Shown in pieces: positions 1 through 12,400 of a stretch of DNA of 64,000 bases (positions are counted from its first letter, which is position 1; each line of letters opens with the position of its first letter). Both the position numbers and the translations under genes were made by a program. The notes under the pieces are model-generated. The model was not told where the DNA came from. It did not search any database and saw nothing but the letters and a program-made list of their open reading frames with translations. Source of the stretch: Lama glama. Its lineage: Eukaryota. The DNA lies in NCBI GenBank assembly GCA_028534125.1, contig CM052832.1, positions 13,952,001 through 14,016,000 on the forward strand, in the 5' to 3' direction.

Positions 1-161
1 TAAAGTTTCATTGTAATATAGCTAGGCCATTCATTTTCACATTGTCTATGACTGTTTTGTACTACAATGACAGAGTTGAGTCATTGTGACAGAGACTATA
101 TGGCCTGCAGGCCTAAAATATTTACCATCTGTCCCTTTAAGAAAAAGTCTGCTGACACCTG
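1..161. mobile_element. hAT-Charlie MITE end (MER58-like)
   Basis: Ends in TATTTACCATCTGTCCCTTTAAGAAAAAGTCTGCTGACACCTG, resembling the MER58 terminus; family assigned by eye. Confidence 0.6.
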
Positions 162-399
162 TTTTAAGCTGCTAAATTTGGGGACAGTTTGCTATGAGAC
201 AATATATAACTGAAAAAAACCTCCCCATCTTCAACAGGGACCTCAAAGTACTGTAGCATTAGTAAGGGGGATCCAAAAATAAAGAAACCCTCCCACAGAC
301 CCTGGTCTAGCTTCAAGTCTTCAGAGAGGCTCAGAAAATCAGAAACCCTGAAACTGGCTTAAGGTGATCCTAGCTTCCTAGTGTCCCAGGATGCCTATG

Positions 400-1000
400 G
401 AAACAAATGGAATCCTTTCAGTGGAAGATATTTTCATCATTGCCTCAAATGATTTTTCAAATACAATGTCCAAAACATAACCAGGCACACGAGGAGATAA
501 AACAACATGAGCAAGAACCAGTAGTAAAAACTGATAATGGAAGTGGACCAGCAGGGACTCCAGATTGTGTCCTCTCCAGGGACACAGACCATAAAACAAC
601 TATACTTACTGTGTTTAAAAAGAGCAAAGCCAAGCTTGAAACTTATAGCAGGGCACTAAGAGATATAAGAAGTGATATAGCAGATCTGAAAAAGAACCAA
701 ATAGAAATTCTAGAACTTAAAAAAAAAATAGAATAACCAAATTTAATAGCTCAGTGGATCGGTTTCAGAGGAGAATTTTTTTAAAAGCTGGAGAGAATTA
801 GTGAACTGAAAAAGAGTCAGAAGAAACTTCTAGAACAATGCATAGAAGTTCAAAAGATAGAAAATACAGACGATAAGAATATAGTGAGAAAGTCTCATAT
901 ATGTTTCAACTGGGGGCCCAGAAGGAAAAAGGAAAAGATACAGAAACAGTATTTGAATGTATAATGGCTGAAAAATTTTCAAAACTGATGAAAAACTGCT
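400..1000 (+). mobile_element. Ancient L1 fragment (ORF1 region)
   Basis: A-rich; ORF 407-736 ends DLKKNQIEILELKK, typical of L1 ORF1p coiled-coil relics. Confidence 0.65.
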
Positions 1001-2984
1001 TAAAAGAGGCAGCCATGAAATGACAGATATCCATTGAATCAGGTGTTGGCCCTTAAAACAGTATATCCTTCATGTACAAATCTGCCTTTGAAAAGATTTT
1101 ACAACCAACATGGACACCTGCTCTGCAGCAGGTGGAATAGGGCTTGGGTGGGCTGAGTTCAAGTACAAACTGTCACTTCCTAGCTGTGCCACCTGGAGAA
1201 GGTTGCCAACCTTCAGTTTTCTCAACTAATAGGTAGGGCTGGTAACACTGGCATACCCTACATTGTCATTGTGAGAATCAAGTGATACAATGCATGTGAA
1301 TAAACCAGGTGAATGCCAAGTGTATTAAAAATGAGATATGGTTGGAGCAGGATCACTCACAGTGACGGGTAGGACTGGAAAATAATTTGCAGATCCCATC
1401 ACAAAATGAAAATGTGGGACCCCTTGTGAAAAAAATTAAGACTTTCAAGACTGACAACAGAGCACTAAACCAAACACAGGTCACATGGCCATGAAGCCAG
1501 CCTTGGTGACAGGCCTTGCAAAGAATTGCTCTCTGCTTTAGAAAAGGGCTGCTCATCCCACACCCAGGTGTCTGCAGCCATAGCTCACATTATCTTTGAA
1601 TTCTGAAAGGCAGCAATGTTTAGGGAAATTGCAAGCACACGTGTTTCCAAATGCTGAGAAAGGCAAGTGCACTGACCGGAGTGGTTTTCTGAGAGAGTGG
1701 GTGGGGCCAGCCAGGCTGCCATCGGAACTGTGGAACTGACTGTTCCCCACAGACTCTGGCCTAGAAAAAAAGAGCCTGCAGCTGTATCTACAGGGCCTGT
1801 TGTTGTTTGCTGCGGTGTGTTACAACACAGCCTGGCAGCCTCCTGGGTCTGTCTTCCTCCTGGAAGGGCCTGGACCCAGAGCATGTGACATGGCCACACA
1901 GCCCTGCAGATCTGCCCACACTGCTCCTTGCTGTTCCCTCAATTACTAGGCTTTTCCAGGTCCGCATTCTTTTTGCTCACATTATTCCCACCACCACCAA
2001 CCCCCACTGTGGGAGTTCCTTTCCTTCCTCTTCCACTTCCTTCCATCTGGCAAACACCATCTTTTAATACTTTATCTTTTAAGACTCAGCTCTAATGTCA
2101 CCTTGTCAATGAGGCCTTCCCTGACTCTCCCAGGAAGAGCTGTTTCTCCCCCTCCTTGGAGCCCTCCATTGGCCGATGCACAGCCACTCCCTATGCAGAT
2201 GTCTCTCACAGTCTCTGTAACGTGAGGAGCACTGGCATGTAATGTGGATGTCAGTGTCTCCTAGGCTGAAGCTCTCAAGGGCTGGGACAATGTCTTCTCA
2301 CGTCTGTATACCCTGCACATGGCATAGTGCTTAATATTTCCTGTTAAAAAGCATAGTAGGTACTTAATCAATTTATGTTAGTATGCAGAGTAGTTTTAAG
2401 TACCATTCTCTTGCTGAATTAATGCACGAATAAATTGTTTCAGTAACTCTCCCTGGGATCTGGTAAAAAGGGAAGCTTCTAGGCATGGAGATAGGGCCCT
2501 TGCAATTAAAGAGGTTTCAGTGTCAGCTCTAGTGGTCATTTCTGCAGACACCCCATCTCTTGAAGGCAGGGATGGTGATTTGTGGAAGAAGCTCTTCATG
2601 AATACCTAAATGACCAACATGATACAGTATAGAGAGCAGATGTGGAGCTAGGAGAGGTGGCTTCTAATTTGGCTACGAGACATTAGGTTTCCATAGGTAA
2701 CTATTAAGTCCCATAAGCTAGGTTTCTGTTTCCTCCCTGAGGCCCAGGTGTAGCTAGTTCAGCCCCTTCATCTTAATCTCTGGGTGGCCATTTCATTGGA
2801 GAAGCCTGAGCCCCTTTTGAAGGTGAGTTTGCTCAGAGGGCACAGAACACAAACATCTTTTAAAGCCTTTTGCTGTCTCAATCACCTGGGATCTCATGTT
2901 TGAAAGGTGGAAAGCCAAGGGAAAGTGTAGTCTTCACAGACACTGAGTGTCTAGAGGTAAATGCTACATGCTAAATCCCCAGAT

Positions 2985-2994
2985 GGGATTTTCC
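2985..2994 (+). promoter_or_regulatory. NF-kB consensus site upstream of FKBP5
   Basis: GGGATTTTCC is a perfect GGGRNWYYCC, ~530 bp upstream of the inferred TSS. Confidence 0.5.
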
Positions 2995-3516
2995 CCAGTT
3001 CCAACTTGACAACTTTGAGTTTCTAGGGTTGCTTCTTGGGGCTAACCAAGCCTGCCTACCTGACACAAACAAGCTGGTCTACCCCTCTCCATCCTCCAGG
3101 CAGGTCAGGTGGGCAGAAAGAAGGGAAGAGCTTTCAGAGGGGCAGTTTCTATGTAAGGTCAACTAGCTTGTTGAGGCATTAGTTCCTCCGGAGGTAAGGG
3201 ATGGTGTGAGGGAGTGTAGGTCAGTTTCCTCCATCCCTTCCCTCCAGCCCCCACAAAGGGCAAGGGCCAGACACGTGGACTGGCGTGGAGAGGCGGAGGT
3301 TACACTAAGGCGGAGGTGCAAACGGGTGGGGGAGGGGCCTCATTTGCATGGACCGCGCGCGGCCGCCAATCCGGACAGGCCGAGCCACAGCCCGCGCGCC
3401 TTTTGGGGGCGGACTGACAGCCCCGGGGCCCTATGGAAGGCGGGTCCTGCGGCCGGCGGGGGCGGGACGGCGCCGGGCGCTGCCCCGGGGATTCGGGCCG
3501 GTTCGCGGGCGCTGCC

Positions 3517-3628
3517 AGTCTCCGGCGGCGGAGTCCGGTGCGCGGGCGGCCTGCTGGGCGGGCTGAGGAGCAAGCGGCGCTGTAGTGAGGCGAAGAGAGA
3601 CAGAACCGAAGAGCAACCGTGGCGACAG
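3517..3628 (+). other. FKBP5: FKBP5 non-coding exon 1 (5'UTR); start approximate
   Basis: AGTCTCCGGCGGCGG...GCGCGGGCGGCCTGCTGGGCGGGCTGA...GGCGACAG resembles the human FKBP5 first exon as I recall it; followed by donor GTACCC. Confidence 0.8.
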
Positions 3629-4378
3629 GTACCCGCGCCATGGCCGCAAGGATAGGGCGGGCGGCTGCGGAGCCCCGTGAGCAGAATTCCCTCCTTAGCG
3701 GTCTGGCCGCCGCTGCGCCGCCTCCCCGCCCCCTCACGCGGCTCCCCAGCCTGGGGACGGCGCGTCGGGGCGAGCGGGGCCGGAGAAGCCTCGAGGCGGG
3801 CGCGCCGGAGGCCCCCAGCCCCACTGCGGGGCCCCTCTGCGTCCCGCCGAGCCGCGGGGCCGGGGCTCCCTCCGGGAGGCGCAGAGCTGGGCTGCCACAG
3901 GAGCCGCTCCCGGCCCCCACCACGCTCCCGGTCGCGGAGGCGAGGCGGGTCGCGGCCGCTACTCCTCACCCGGCTTTTGTTTCCCGCCTGGGTGACAGGT
4001 CCTAGCCCCGGCTCCCGTCGGCTGCCCCCGACTCGCCCGACGCCCGGCCCCCATGACCTCCCGGAGCAGGCGGCGGGACCCGCGGAGAGCCGGGCGCGCG
4101 TGAGCAGCAGCTGCCGCGGGCGGGAGGGAAACTTCGCCTTCCGGGGCCAGGGCGGCCGGAGAAGTGGAGCGGAGGTGAGCCGTGCGCCGGGACGCCGCGG
4201 GCGCGATGGAGCTTCGCACACCTGGCGGGGCCCTAGAAAGGGGAGGATAACGGACTGTCCCGTTGCCGCTGTGCTCGTTTTCAATTTGCGCTCCCCGGGA
4301 GGTGATTGTGGGTGCACGTTCACCGCCTTCACCTGCCTCTCGGACCAGTGAGTGGGAACAGCATCCCGCTTTCGGCCG

Positions 4379-4418
4379 CTCTTAGAGGCCCTCTTAGAGA
4401 GTGCCTCTTAGAGAGTGC
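4379..4418. repeat. Short tandem repeat of CTCTTAGAG(AGTGC)
   Basis: CTCTTAGAG at 4379, 4391 and 4405; exact 14-bp duplication 4391-4404/4405-4418. Confidence 0.85.
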
Positions 4419-6368
4419 TCGTGCAGCGCAGTTCTAACAGGTGATTCTAAATCCAGGTGAAAGCCAGTGAAGAGTTGTCTCAGGGCTCGGTATTCAATTT
4501 ACTCCGGGACGTTATAACGCCTTCTCCTTTAATGATGTCTAAAAAGGTGTGCCCGCCACAGTACTGGAGTCAAAACCAGTAGTTAATTTTTTTTTTTAAA
4601 TCGGCTGTGGGGTGGGGGTTGTCAGCGTGTAGGTTGCCCTCTTTCCATTGACGAGCCGGGAGGAACACTTAGTCCCAATTTAAAATTCAGTTTCTGCAGT
4701 GCTGGCGAAAGCACTGTAAGGTACACGTTGTAAATGGAGAATGCAGAACTCTAGATATCCTTCAGTGTGGTTCAGGACAGCGTGTACAACGTTTGGCCGC
4801 CATTCAGCAAATTCTGCATGAAGTTTGAGCTCGTGGTTTTGGATTTACTTTTCAGGAGCAGAATAAAGCTTAGCATTGAATGGGAGCTTTCTTTGCCTCT
4901 CTGAGGGTACACAGGAGTGTGTATTTTCATTGTCTTCTCATTTTGTTAGATTGTAGACAAGGGAAAACTTATGGCGTATTCTGATTCAGTATTTTTAATA
5001 ATCTATGGGAATCTCCCCCACCCCCAATCCCACGGGAGAATTTTTACTTTAGAGAAATATACTAGCTTTTCCTCTTGGCGTCTGAATCAAAATGCAGGGA
5101 TAGACTCGAAAAACTTATTATTCTTGTGGGAAATTTTTGTTATACTTTAACTTAACATTTTTTTGTTTCTCTGTCTCCCAGCTGGCCTCTGCTTAGCAGT
5201 CTACAGTTATGGCCCTGACCAATTAGAGCATCTATAGAAAAAAAATGTTTTAAAATAATATATAATAATTATTTCAAAATATATTATGAAGATTAACATT
5301 TGTGAGAAGCAGTTGATTTAGATTACTCAATTTTTTTTTACTTGTAGTGTATCTTTTTTGATGTCTGTGCTGATTTATACTTAAGAGATGTAAGTTTTAA
5401 CTTCTTCAAAGTTATAATTTTGATTTAATTATGCTACTTTATTAGTGTTTCTTTGAATGGTAATTTTACTTACCTAGCTAATTAGTACCACCATTTAAAG
5501 GTGAACTGAAACCAGTAGGCTAGTTGTGACTATCTGGGATTTAAAAAAAAAAATCAGAGTCTCTATAAAATGCTTCATTTCTCTAAAACAACAGGCTTAT
5601 ATGCTATGAGGTCTTTGTCTTTCCAATATTTAACAAAGCAAATACGTTTCTGAATCATTAAAGTTTTTTTTTTAGTTATGGAAATTTGGGGTGAATTTCT
5701 TTTCTGAAACATGATTTTAACTAGTTCAACATGAGAATTTTTAAATATTGGATTAGGCAACTAATGAAATCTTCAATTTTCTGTTTATTCTTGGATTGGA
5801 AAAGGATACATATTTTAGGTTATTTAGTTTCCTGAAGGAGTCTTAGCTTAGAATGAGTCAATCTAGAGAAGGAAGAACATTCTCTTTCAATAGCTGTAGA
5901 AGTTACTGCTACTAAAAGTTGAATTGGTTTTTTGATGCTTAGTGAAGGTAGATTGAATAGTGGCTGGTGTAGTGTGAGTTTTATTTTATGTAAGTAATTC
6001 TAAGGAGTCTTATGAGACTGAGGCTCTCATTGTTATGGATGACTTATATAATTGTTCTTTAAAATGTATAGGAATATATTTAACTACTGTGTGCGATTAG
6101 AAGTATTATAATCTTTATCCTATGGTTATGCTTAAATATACCACATATCATAAATTAGTTATATTTCATAGTCTTATTTTACACAAAAGTATATTTTAGG
6201 AACTTTTAATTAAGTCTATTTTAAGTTCAGTTTTTACATATTTTAATTACTGATTTTTGTTCACTTTAAACTTGTGGTAGACCACATCATAAAATTATCA
6301 ACCACATTACAGTTTCAAAATTAAGCATAAGTTGAATTCTTGCATCTACACAATAAACGGAGTGTTTT

Positions 6369-6481
6369 GTTTGGGGGGGGGAAGTAACTAGGTTTATTTT
6401 TAGAGAAGGTACTGGGGATTGAACTCGGGACCTTGTGCATGCTAAGCATGCACTCTACCACTTGAGCTATACCCTCCCCTG
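6369..6481 (-). mobile_element. tRNA-derived SINE (camelid vic-1-like)
   Basis: Reverse strand reads GGGGAGGGTATAGCTCAAGTGGTAGAGTGCATGCTTAGCATGCACAAGGTCCCGAGTTCAATCCCCAGTACC (A/B boxes); TSD GGAGTGTTTT at 6359-6368 and 6482-6491. Confidence 0.9.
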
Positions 6482-6583
6482 GGAGTGTTTTTAAGTCACT
6501 TACCCTCAGGTGTGTCTCCTTTTGAGTCTGGACGTGGGTAAATATTTTTGGATGAATAAAGCCACAAAAAATAGGGACATATT

Positions 6584-6628
6584 GACACAACATTGTAAAA
6601 TGATTATAAATCAATAAAAAATGTTAAA
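6584..6628 (+). mobile_element. Extremely 5'-truncated young L1 3' end
   Basis: GACACAACATTGTAAAATGATTATAAATCAATAAAAAATG flanked by perfect 18-bp TSD AAAAAATAGGGACATATT (6566-6583, 6629-6646). Confidence 0.8.
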
Positions 6629-7384
6629 AAAAAATAGGGACATATTAAACCAGCTAAATTGAGGATAAATCACATGATACTGTTAGACAATACTGCTTTA
6701 TTTAACAGTAAAATGAATGTTGTGTCTGTCATTAATAATATCTTCTGTAGGCCTTCAATATAATTATTCATAATTCCTAATAAAGAATCTATATTGTACG
6801 TATTTTGGCACACTAAATTCTGTAATTATTTGATGCTGAACAGTTAAATACGTGCATTTTATAATTCTTAAACTATTTGAACTTTCTAACCTAGTTGATT
6901 AGTAATTAGATTTTTTTTTATTATTTTACATTCTGAATTTTTTTACAGTGCATTGTTAACTTCTGACATTATACCCACAAAAGTGTAAGGAAAATTAATC
7001 TACACTCATCAGAGACTAGTGGATGTTGGTATGTAAATCACATAACTATTGATTTAAAAACAGTAGCCACTTACGTGTGAATTTTTTTTTGCAAGTAAGA
7101 TGTTTATTGTATAAAAGACAGTTCTGCCAAATGAAGCTAAAATGAGTTATAATAGGACCTTATGTACATAGCTAACAAGTTACTAAGGATGTTTCAGTAG
7201 TATTTGAAACACTAAAATTCAAGTACTCAGAATAATTTGTACCTCATTGTTACGATCAGAATTGAACTGTACTTAGCTGAAATTTAAGCGTATAAGGCTA
7301 TAATCCTTAAATAGGACAAGTTCATTTTATACTTATTTTAGTATTTCTAGTCTTTTGGAAAACATCTGGTTAATGAGAGTGAAG

Positions 7385-7401
7385 GACCACCAGAGGGAGT
7401 A
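7385..7401 (+). promoter_or_regulatory. Candidate CTCF site
   Basis: GACCACCAGAGGGAGTA closely matches the CCASYAGRKGGCRS core; motif only. Confidence 0.4.
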
Positions 7402-8659
7402 TGGGGTCTAAACATTTGGTATACCTGTTTTCTACTGTTGGTCTGGAAGAAAAACATTTTAAAAATAAGAATCAAATTTTATTTTAGTTTTCTAAAATAA
7501 TCAGACAAAAGATATGAAAGTTGGGGGATTATAGCTCTTTGGAGCTGCTGTCATTTTTGTACCAGTTAATGAAAGTTGTTTTTTTTCTTTTAGAAAAAGG
7601 TACAATTATTAGAAAAAAATGAAAATGATGTATTTTCAGAGTGAAATAATGGGTTTTTAAGTAAACAGATACACATCTGTGAAAGTTAGGGAACGTCCAG
7701 ATGCTAAGAGTGTTTTTCAAAGATTAAAAATGTATTCGAGTAAACCTATTTCAACAGTTTTAAAAAGAGATTAAAAATGTAGTATATTTGAATTGTATGG
7801 CTTTGAATTTGCTCATTTTTTTGGAAGGAGGAACAAAGGATGAAAACAGATCAAAGGCTAGAAGAGGGTTGTTTTTTCCCTTTTGTGCTTGCAAACCCTT
7901 CCTAAAGCAGGCAGAGGTAAATTTCCAGAACCATTTGTAGCATTCAGCCTCACTCTTGGTAATTTAAAGATGATGTTAAATGAGGAGCCACTCCTAGTCC
8001 CCTGAAAATGATCATCTGATTATCAAAAACAGGGTTGGGAATTTCAAATTGATCTCACCAAAAATCAGATTTGTGTGTATTTTTCTTAATATTTCTATCC
8101 CTGGAAATTAAAGATCCTCCTCTATTGTCTGCTGAATATTACACATGGAATTTGAAGGTCAAAGTGTCTCTATCACAGACTTAATAGGGCGGTAAGCTAC
8201 TTTTTGGAATGGAGAAAACATTCTAGTCCTTTTCAGAATATATCGTATTCTAAATGAGGATGGAATGGTCTTTACCCAAGTTAAATAGTAGCCAATGGAA
8301 TTATTTCTATGTTTAACTTTTTAAAAAGATGACAATGAAACAAAATCTTGTAGTCTTAACACGTATTTTGGATTTTGCCCCAGCGTGAAAAATTATTACA
8401 TGATGGATAGTAACATTTAATGGTTTGAAATTCTAGTTTGGGAAAGGAATTTTTTTCTGAGAAGGTATTTCATTGAAGTGAAACAGAATAACTTACATGG
8501 AGAGAAATTTGTTTCTCTTTTTGAATTATTCTTAGGTTAAAACGTTAATACTTATTAAATAAAATTGAGATCTTTGCCATTTTAAATTTATTTTCACTAT
8601 GAACTTTATAAGTTTTTTTAAAAAATCTTTGGTCCCAGGTGGACTTCTCCGAATCCATT

Positions 8660-8822
8660 TGTATACACACACATACATATAGTCACACACATATAGATAC
8701 ACACAGACATATAGATGTATACACACATAAATATATACACACAGGTAGTTATCTGTGTTATATATATTTGCATTATATACTTATGTAACTGTATGTTTAC
8801 TATATGTATATGTACATGTATA
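8660..8822. repeat. Degenerate (CA/TA) low-complexity tract
   Basis: Alternating purine-pyrimidine runs visible directly. Confidence 0.75.
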
Positions 8823-8899
8823 AATCAATCCATCTAGTTATACCTTGTGACTTCACAGGCTTATTTATATATGAAACCTTTTTTTTTTAAGTGAAATCT

Positions 8900-9420
8900 T
8901 TCTGCACCAAGAGGAATAAAGTATATGTCCACAAAATGACTGATAAAAATGTTCATGGCAGCTTTTTTCACAATAGGAATGAACTAATGATTCATACAAT
9001 AATGTAGATGAAGCTCAGAAATATTATTCAAAGCAAGAGAAGCCAAACACAAATATTTACTCTATGATGCCATTTATAAAAAATACAAGAACAGACAAAA
9101 CTTAGGTATGGTGATAGAAATCAGGACAGTGGTTTCTGGGTAAGGGCCATGGTTGACTGGAAAGGGGCAAAAGGGAACTTTTTAAGGTGATGATGGAAAT
9201 GTTCTACAGCTTGATTTGGGTGATAGAACTCAAGTGTACACTTTCGAGGTAATTTAATTTTCATATAATTTTTAACTTACAGAAGAGTTGCAAGACTAGT
9301 ATGAGGAATTTTGAGATTCACCAATTTTTGTGTATACATTTGTTCAAATTTACTGAGCTGAATACTTAAGATCTGTGCATTTTATGGTATGTAACTTACT
9401 TTCATGAAGAAAAAAGCTAT
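8900..9420 (+). mobile_element. Old L1M 3' region
   Basis: AATGTTCATGGCAGC..., GGTGATAGAAATCAGGACAGTGGTT, GATGGAAATGTTCT, TACTTAAGATCTGTGCATTTT are typical of L1ME/MC 3' ends. Confidence 0.65.
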
Positions 9421-12400
9421 AAAAATTTGTGGAAGATGAGAATGATCTTGTTATCTGCACGAGGTGAAATACCTTGATTTGAAATTAAGCAGCACTTTAA
9501 TAATGATGTAGAAAAAGAGAATCACTGACAGTCTTTTGTCCCTACATATATTCCTATGCTGCTGCTCTCTGAAGTTTCATGATAATCTGTTTCTGTTAGA
9601 AGAAACAGGATCCTGAAAATGATTCAAGGCAGAACTGGCAGCAAGAAAACAATGCTTTATTTTGTTATCCTGTGTGAATTACCTGGGGAATGAGCCTGAT
9701 ACCTAGTGATAGCTTCCTGGGAATTGAAGTAGTGATAATTCCTATTGAGAGAGTTGCGCACCTTGGTGTGCTAGGTTTTGTACAGACGTGTACAGTCTTT
9801 ACTGTCCTAGAACTTAGCAGAGAAGAGGCAAACAAATCTGGCTGTCGTTTTTGGGTGGTGTTTTATAATAGAAAAATTTGGTGCTTGTAAACCATGTAAA
9901 CTAAGCTTGATCACAGGTTAAGTGGTAAATCTAAGTGGTGAATTTGGTATTCTCTATTTTAGTGCTGCTGTGGTCTGAATAGAATTATTTTATTTAAATT
10001 AAATCTATTTAAATCATAGCTTAAACTATGTTAATTGTTTAAAACATTCAACTTTTTTTCTTGACTTATTGTTATATAATGTTAAATATCTGTTCTCCAC
10101 AATTCAGGATTAGATGTAATTGATGGGTATTCATTTTTTTATTAGTTTTTTTTTTTGTATCTACATAAAAATTTGGTTATTTCCTGGAATGGAAGATGTT
10201 TTGAAGAAACAGGAGGATTAAACAGCAGGTTCAACAAATTAATCATTAATAACGGGATAAACATTTATATTGCCTTTACTAACTGAAACTATACATTTAT
10301 GGGGTCTGTATATTTTTCTTTAACAAACACAAGTTCTTTGAAGAGAAAAATAACAAATGTCCAACTCAACCAATGTGGATAAAAGGACTTTCTCCATTTA
10401 ATGAACATACTCATGTTCCTCTGAAATGACAATTTGGGGTCATTTCTGTCTTTCATACACACTAAATTTCATTGGTCTATTGAGCACGAATGAAACATAA
10501 TTTGAAAAGTTTTTATCTGCTAGAATTTTGCTTTGAGTTGTCAAGCCTTAACTAGATGAATTTTTTAAAATATCTGTAGGTAGCCTTTTTTAGACTTTTT
10601 ATTATGGAAGTTTCAAACATACACAGAACTAGAAAGAATAGTATAATGAACCTCCATGTACCTATTCTCCAGACATTAATTATCAATATTTTGGTTAATG
10701 TGCTTTTAAAATTGTTAAATTCTCGTGAATCTTGTGAAATTGTGGTATTGTTAGTGCACCAGACTTTTCTGTCAGTTTTTTTCCTGAAAGTTTTGTTATA
10801 GAGAAACCTGAAAAGCAGTGTGTTTTAGCTCAGAGACTTAAGTTTGGACAGTTGGTAATTATGGAACAATTTTTATCCTTAGTTCCTTTCTGTCAATTCA
10901 TAGCCTGGAAAAGAAAGATTAATTTTTGAGCTTTTCATTTATAATAAATTAGTCCGAATATTCTATACAGAATAAGGTACTGTTCATCTGGAAAGTTAGA
11001 TTATCTTCAGAGTGTAGTATCTGAGGAGTGCTATTGTCTAAATGTTTTTCTGTTACTTTCTGTTTCTCTAAAAACTCAGTCATTGCTGTGCTTTTCTTAG
11101 GCCCCAAATCTATATCTTTCTAAACTCAAGGCCTTCCAAAATTGAGGCCCAAATTTTCACCTGTGTCTTGAAACTAAGTATATTTAAATACCATCTCTGT
11201 AGCAACTGCATCCCAGCACCCCCTCTCTCCACCCCCAGCCAAAATGCTTCTTTTTCCCAGTTTTCCTCTTTAGCTGTTTGCGACACCATTATTCTTACTG
11301 GTCATTTCTTACTCTTACTTCTTAAGCTCAGTGAGTCACTAAATTACTTTGTTTCTAAATTTATAATGTCTTTTTATCTTTTTGTCCTTTTCATTTCCAC
11401 TCCAATTGCCCTAATTTGGGTAACATGTTAAAGCAGGGACTTATCCCTAGTCTATAATGAACCTCATGTGTATCAAAATTAAAATGTGTTCCTAAAGTAA
11501 AGTAGGGCATTTTCTTCCCTTCCAAAGAAGGCTTCAGTCAGTTTTACAAGCAAACGCAATTTTTAAGGCCCAGGTGATCATTATATTTAAGCCAAAGTGA
11601 TATAGATGATTTCCACATCACTCAATTCAATCTGGTGAATGGTGACTGGCAGGGCCACAGTTTATCAAGGGTTATAAGCAGTGGACTTTTCTTGGACCAC
11701 AAAAATGGCTGGGATGAGTACCTTCCCACCTGGAATATCTGCAGGTGCTTTGCAGTGGGGGAAATCGTGTATCTATCACATTTTCAGGCTTTCTAGTGTT
11801 TTTATAGCTAAAAATAAAAATCTGTGGTTTTACCTGAAAATTCTATTCCTCATACATTTCCTGGCCAGTATAGTTCTCGTCAAAAAGCTGTTTTGCCGAA
11901 AGTGTTGTGATTTAGACATGACTCCATCTCAGTACTTTCCCTTCTCTGTAGGCTCCAGGAATTGACATTTGTCAGAAACTTAGGAACCTAAAGTTAGTTG
12001 GGAGGATATAAAATAGAAACAAGAAAATAAGTGATATGTATTCTACTTCCGTTTAGCAGTCATCCAGCCTCCAGTGGTCTTGGGCTTGAGTCCTTTCCAG
12101 GTGGATTATAGCCTATCAACTTGGCTTGCTTTTGGTCAGTTTATGGAGGTCTTCTTTCTGCTCTTCTGGGAAATGTTTAAATTTCCTCTTAATAGAAATC
12201 AACACCCAATTTAAGATTACTGACTTTGGGGATAAGAGAATGAAATTCTATATTGTTTTAGAGAATCCAGAATATCTGATTATTTTCTTTTAAGAGAAGG
12301 AGAAATAATATGGGGATTCTGAGATACTTACTGCAGAAATTAATTTAGTGGTTATCAAGAGTGGAAAATGGAAGAGAAAAATACACCATTTCTAGGAAAC

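Larger units (their letters stand above)
3270..4420. promoter_or_regulatory. FKBP5: CpG island / TATA-less FKBP5 promoter
   Basis: Very high GC and CpG density. E-box CACGTG 3272-3277, octamer ATTTGCAT 3342-3349, CCAAT 3366-3370, GC boxes GGGCGG near 3407 and 3460, Inr-like CCAGTCT 3515-3521. Confidence 0.9.

Noticed and set aside
1115..1134. Inverted repeat CACCTGCT-CTGC-AGCAGGTG (paired E-boxes)
   Set aside because: An 8-bp stem is within chance expectation for 64 kb; no other support.
3206..4351. Long overlapping ORFs (149-330 aa) on both strands
   Set aside because: Arg/Pro/Gly/Ala-rich open frames are expected from stop-codon scarcity in a CpG island; no recognisable domain.
9779..9794. 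TGTACA-gacg-TGTACA as a GRE
   Set aside because: The spacer is 4 nt rather than 3.
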